DNA from: Acidimicrobiia bacterium
Lineage (GTDB): Bacteria; Actinomycetota; Acidimicrobiia; Spongiisociales; UBA5794
Assembly (NCBI GenBank): GCA_036396535.1
Contig: DASWKR010000058.1
Location: forward strand, 5,411-69,410
Direction: 5' to 3'
DNA: 64,000 nucleotides
Below, piece after piece: positions 61,898 to 64,000 of the stretch. The stretch's first letter is position 1, and the number at the start of each line of letters is the position of its first letter. The position numbers were made by a program, and so were the translations under genes. The notes under the pieces are model-generated. The model was not told the DNA's origin. It searched no databases and was given only the letters and a program-made list of their open reading frames with translations.

Positions 61898-62671
61898 TCA
61901 CCAGACGTCGGCGAAGTCCTCCCTCGTGGCCGCCATCCCCGCGGTGACCAGCTTCACGTCGTTCGTCGCCGAGACGAGCGTGCATCCCTTGGCGACCATC
62001 AGGGAGGCGTAGGCGGCGTTCGGGGTCACCGCCCCCCAACGCTTCCCGTTCGAGCTGCACGCCGCAGAGACCATGTCGACCGCGGCCAGGCACTTCTCGT
62101 GGGTGAAGTCGCCGAGCACGCCGAGCGCCTGGCTGAGGTCGGATGGGCCGACGAACAGGAAATCGACCCCGTCGATCGCCGCGATGGCGTCGACCTCCTC
62201 CACCGCTCCCATCGTCTCGATCTGGATGCCGACGAGCGTCTCGTCGTTTGACCGACTCGCGAACTGGGCCATCGGGAGTGATCCGTAGGCGCCGTCGTGG
62301 CCGAGCGGGTTGAGCCCACGCCGTCCCCTGGGGGCGAACTTCGCCCACTGGACGAACTCCTCGGCGTGCTCCGCAGACGTGATCTGGGCTGCCATCACCC
62401 CGACGGCGCCGCTCTCGAAGCAGCGCGTCACGGTTGCATAGTCCGTGGGAGGCACCCTGACGAAGCTCTGCAGGCCGTGAGCGTCGCCTGCCGCCACGGC
62501 GATCTCGACGTCCCTGACGGTCAGGCCGGCGTGCTCAACGTCGATCCAGAACCCGTCGAAGGCACCCGTAATACCGAGGTAGCGGATGACGTTGTGGTGC
62601 ATCATCCTGCCGACCGAAAAGACGACGAGCCGATCGCCTCGCTGCAGCCGTGCCTTGAGAGTCTCAGACAT
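61898..62671 (-). CDS. HpcH/HpaI aldolase family protein
   Basis: IDVEH, KFAPRGRRG, QIET and FVGPSDLS motifs. Confidence 0.92.
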   Translation of the reverse strand: MSETLKARLQRGDRLVVFSVGRMMHHNVIRYLGITGAFDGFWIDVEHAGLTVRDVEIAVAAGDAHGLQSFVRVPPTDYATVTRCFESGAVGVMAAQITSAEHAEEFVQWAKFAPRGRRGLNPLGHDGAYGSLPMAQFASRSNDETLVGIQIETMGAVEEVDAIAAIDGVDFLFVGPSDLSQALGVLGDFTHEKCLAAVDMVSAACSSNGKRWGAVTPNAAYASLMVAKGCTLVSATNDVKLVTAGMAATREDFADVW

Positions 62672-62759
62672 CTGTCCTCCGATCAGAGAGCGCCTTCGGC
62701 AGAATGTATGATGCACTATCGCCCCCCGGCCGCATCCGGCCCCGCGAGAAGGACCTCGA

Positions 62760-63761
62760 ATGCCCACGATCGACATGCATGCCCACGTCACTCCGGAGCG
62801 CTACAAGCAGGCGATTCAACGGCGAGGCGAGTGGTACGGGCTCGACGGGCGAGCCGGTGAGTTGAGTCGCGGTGGCTTTGCAAAGTCGATCGATGAGCGG
62901 CTCGTCGAGATGGACTCGCTCGGGGTCGACATGCAGCTCGTGACCCCGACGGTCGGCTTCTACCAGTACGACAGAGATGCGGAGGCCGCTGCGCGGATCC
63001 ACAGGGAGTGCAACGACGAGATCGCCGAGATCGTCGAACGGCACCCGACCCGTTTCGCGGGCTTGGCGATCGTGCCGATGCAGGACCCTGCGAGAGCGAT
63101 CGCCGAGATGGAGCGAGTCGTCGTAGACATGGGCTTTCGCGGAGTCGTGCTCAGCGACCACGTCGGCCCGAGGACGTACGACGAGCGGGAGTTCCTGCCG
63201 TTCTTCAAAGCCGCCGAGGAGCTCGGAGCCATCCTCTTCTTCCACCAGGGTGCCGACACGTGCATCGACTTCAGGATCACCCGCTACAAGCTCGGCAACG
63301 CGGTCGGCAACCTCACCGAACGGACACTCGTGTACGCCACGCTCGTGTTCGGCGGAGTCATGGACAGCTGCCCCGACCTGAAGCCGCTGCTCGCCCACGG
63401 CGGCGGGTACGTTCCATACGGGATCGCTCGCATGGACAAGGTCGCCGGTGCCCTCGAGGGCGCCACGGGCCGAGCACTGCAGCCGCCGTTCGCCGAAGAC
63501 GACGGCTTCCGCCAGGTCCTGCCGCCGAGTGACTACCTGGGCCGGTTCTTCTACGACTGCTGCACGTACAGCGGGCCGGTTCTTCGCTTCCTCATCGACA
63601 CGGTCGGGATCGATCGAGTGGTGCTCGGCACCGATTACCCGGCGCCGATGTTCCTGCGCGACCCCGTGAGGTGGGTGCGGGGCTTGCCGGAGCTCACCGA
63701 AGCCGAGAAGGGCGCCATCCTCACCGACAATCCGATGACGCTGCTCGGTGTGACCTCGTGA
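62760..63761 (+). CDS. amidohydrolase family 2 (ACMSD-like decarboxylase/hydratase)
   Basis: IDMHAH, CNDEIAE, AHGGG and GTDYP motifs. Confidence 0.9.
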   Translation: MPTIDMHAHVTPERYKQAIQRRGEWYGLDGRAGELSRGGFAKSIDERLVEMDSLGVDMQLVTPTVGFYQYDRDAEAAARIHRECNDEIAEIVERHPTRFAGLAIVPMQDPARAIAEMERVVVDMGFRGVVLSDHVGPRTYDEREFLPFFKAAEELGAILFFHQGADTCIDFRITRYKLGNAVGNLTERTLVYATLVFGGVMDSCPDLKPLLAHGGGYVPYGIARMDKVAGALEGATGRALQPPFAEDDGFRQVLPPSDYLGRFFYDCCTYSGPVLRFLIDTVGIDRVVLGTDYPAPMFLRDPVRWVRGLPELTEAEKGAILTDNPMTLLGVTS

Positions 63762-64000
63762 GTCGCCGGCTCGGGTGGGGCATCGTCGGGCTCGGCAACA
63801 TCGCCCGCGGCACGATCGCCCCGATCCTCGCCACCGAACCGGACTGCGCCATCGCCGCAGTCACCAGCCGCGACCAAGGAAGGGCGGACGCCTTCGCCGC
63901 CGAGTTCAGTGCCCAGGGCGCATACACCGACTATGCGGAGATGCTGGGGGACCCGTCGGTCGAGGCGGTGTTCATCGCAACTCCGAACGCCTTGCACGCC
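63758..64000 (+). CDS. Gfo/Idh/MocA oxidoreductase (5' part, runs off the window edge)
   Basis: Manual translation VSRRLGWGIVGLGNIA...VEAVFIATPNALH; GTGA overlap with the amidohydrolase gene. Confidence 0.9.
   Translation, partial: MSRRLGWGIVGLGNIARGTIAPILATEPDCAIAAVTSRDQGRADAFAAEFSAQGAYTDYAEMLGDPSVEAVFIATPNALHA

Overview
High-GC actinobacterial chromosomal window, most likely class Acidimicrobiia (inferred from mshD, the PIM genes, an F420-PPOX gene, and Thr-rich lipoprotein and SecD linkers). Bases 1-22.4 kb hold the conserved block thrS ... pgsA-patA-pimA ... pdxS-pdxT-yebC ... ruvCAB-queA-tgt-yajC-secD-secF-apt. It is interrupted by an MMPL/RND transporter, citrate synthase, an enoyl-CoA hydratase and a sensor-less hybrid kinase. 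Bases 22.6-38 kb are mixed accessory genes: an APH-like pseudokinase, mshD, patatin, a DivIVA paralog, a lone Flp pilin, TrpB2, an atypical LigAB pair and an ECF sigma factor with a DUF4349 partner. Bases 38-64 kb are catabolic: a non-pyrrolysine MttB, an Opp-type ABC transporter, a GcvT-family oxidoreductase, a sugar ABC transporter, a dehydrogenase, GntR, an aldolase and an amidohydrolase. This last block is split by the most striking feature, two translationally coupled giant beta-rich hypothetical proteins (about 1250 and 1500 aa, 45.6-53.8 kb) with no recognisable function. No rRNA, tRNA, CRISPR array, integrase or transposase was seen. All calls are from reading the sequence and motif recall; no searches were run.
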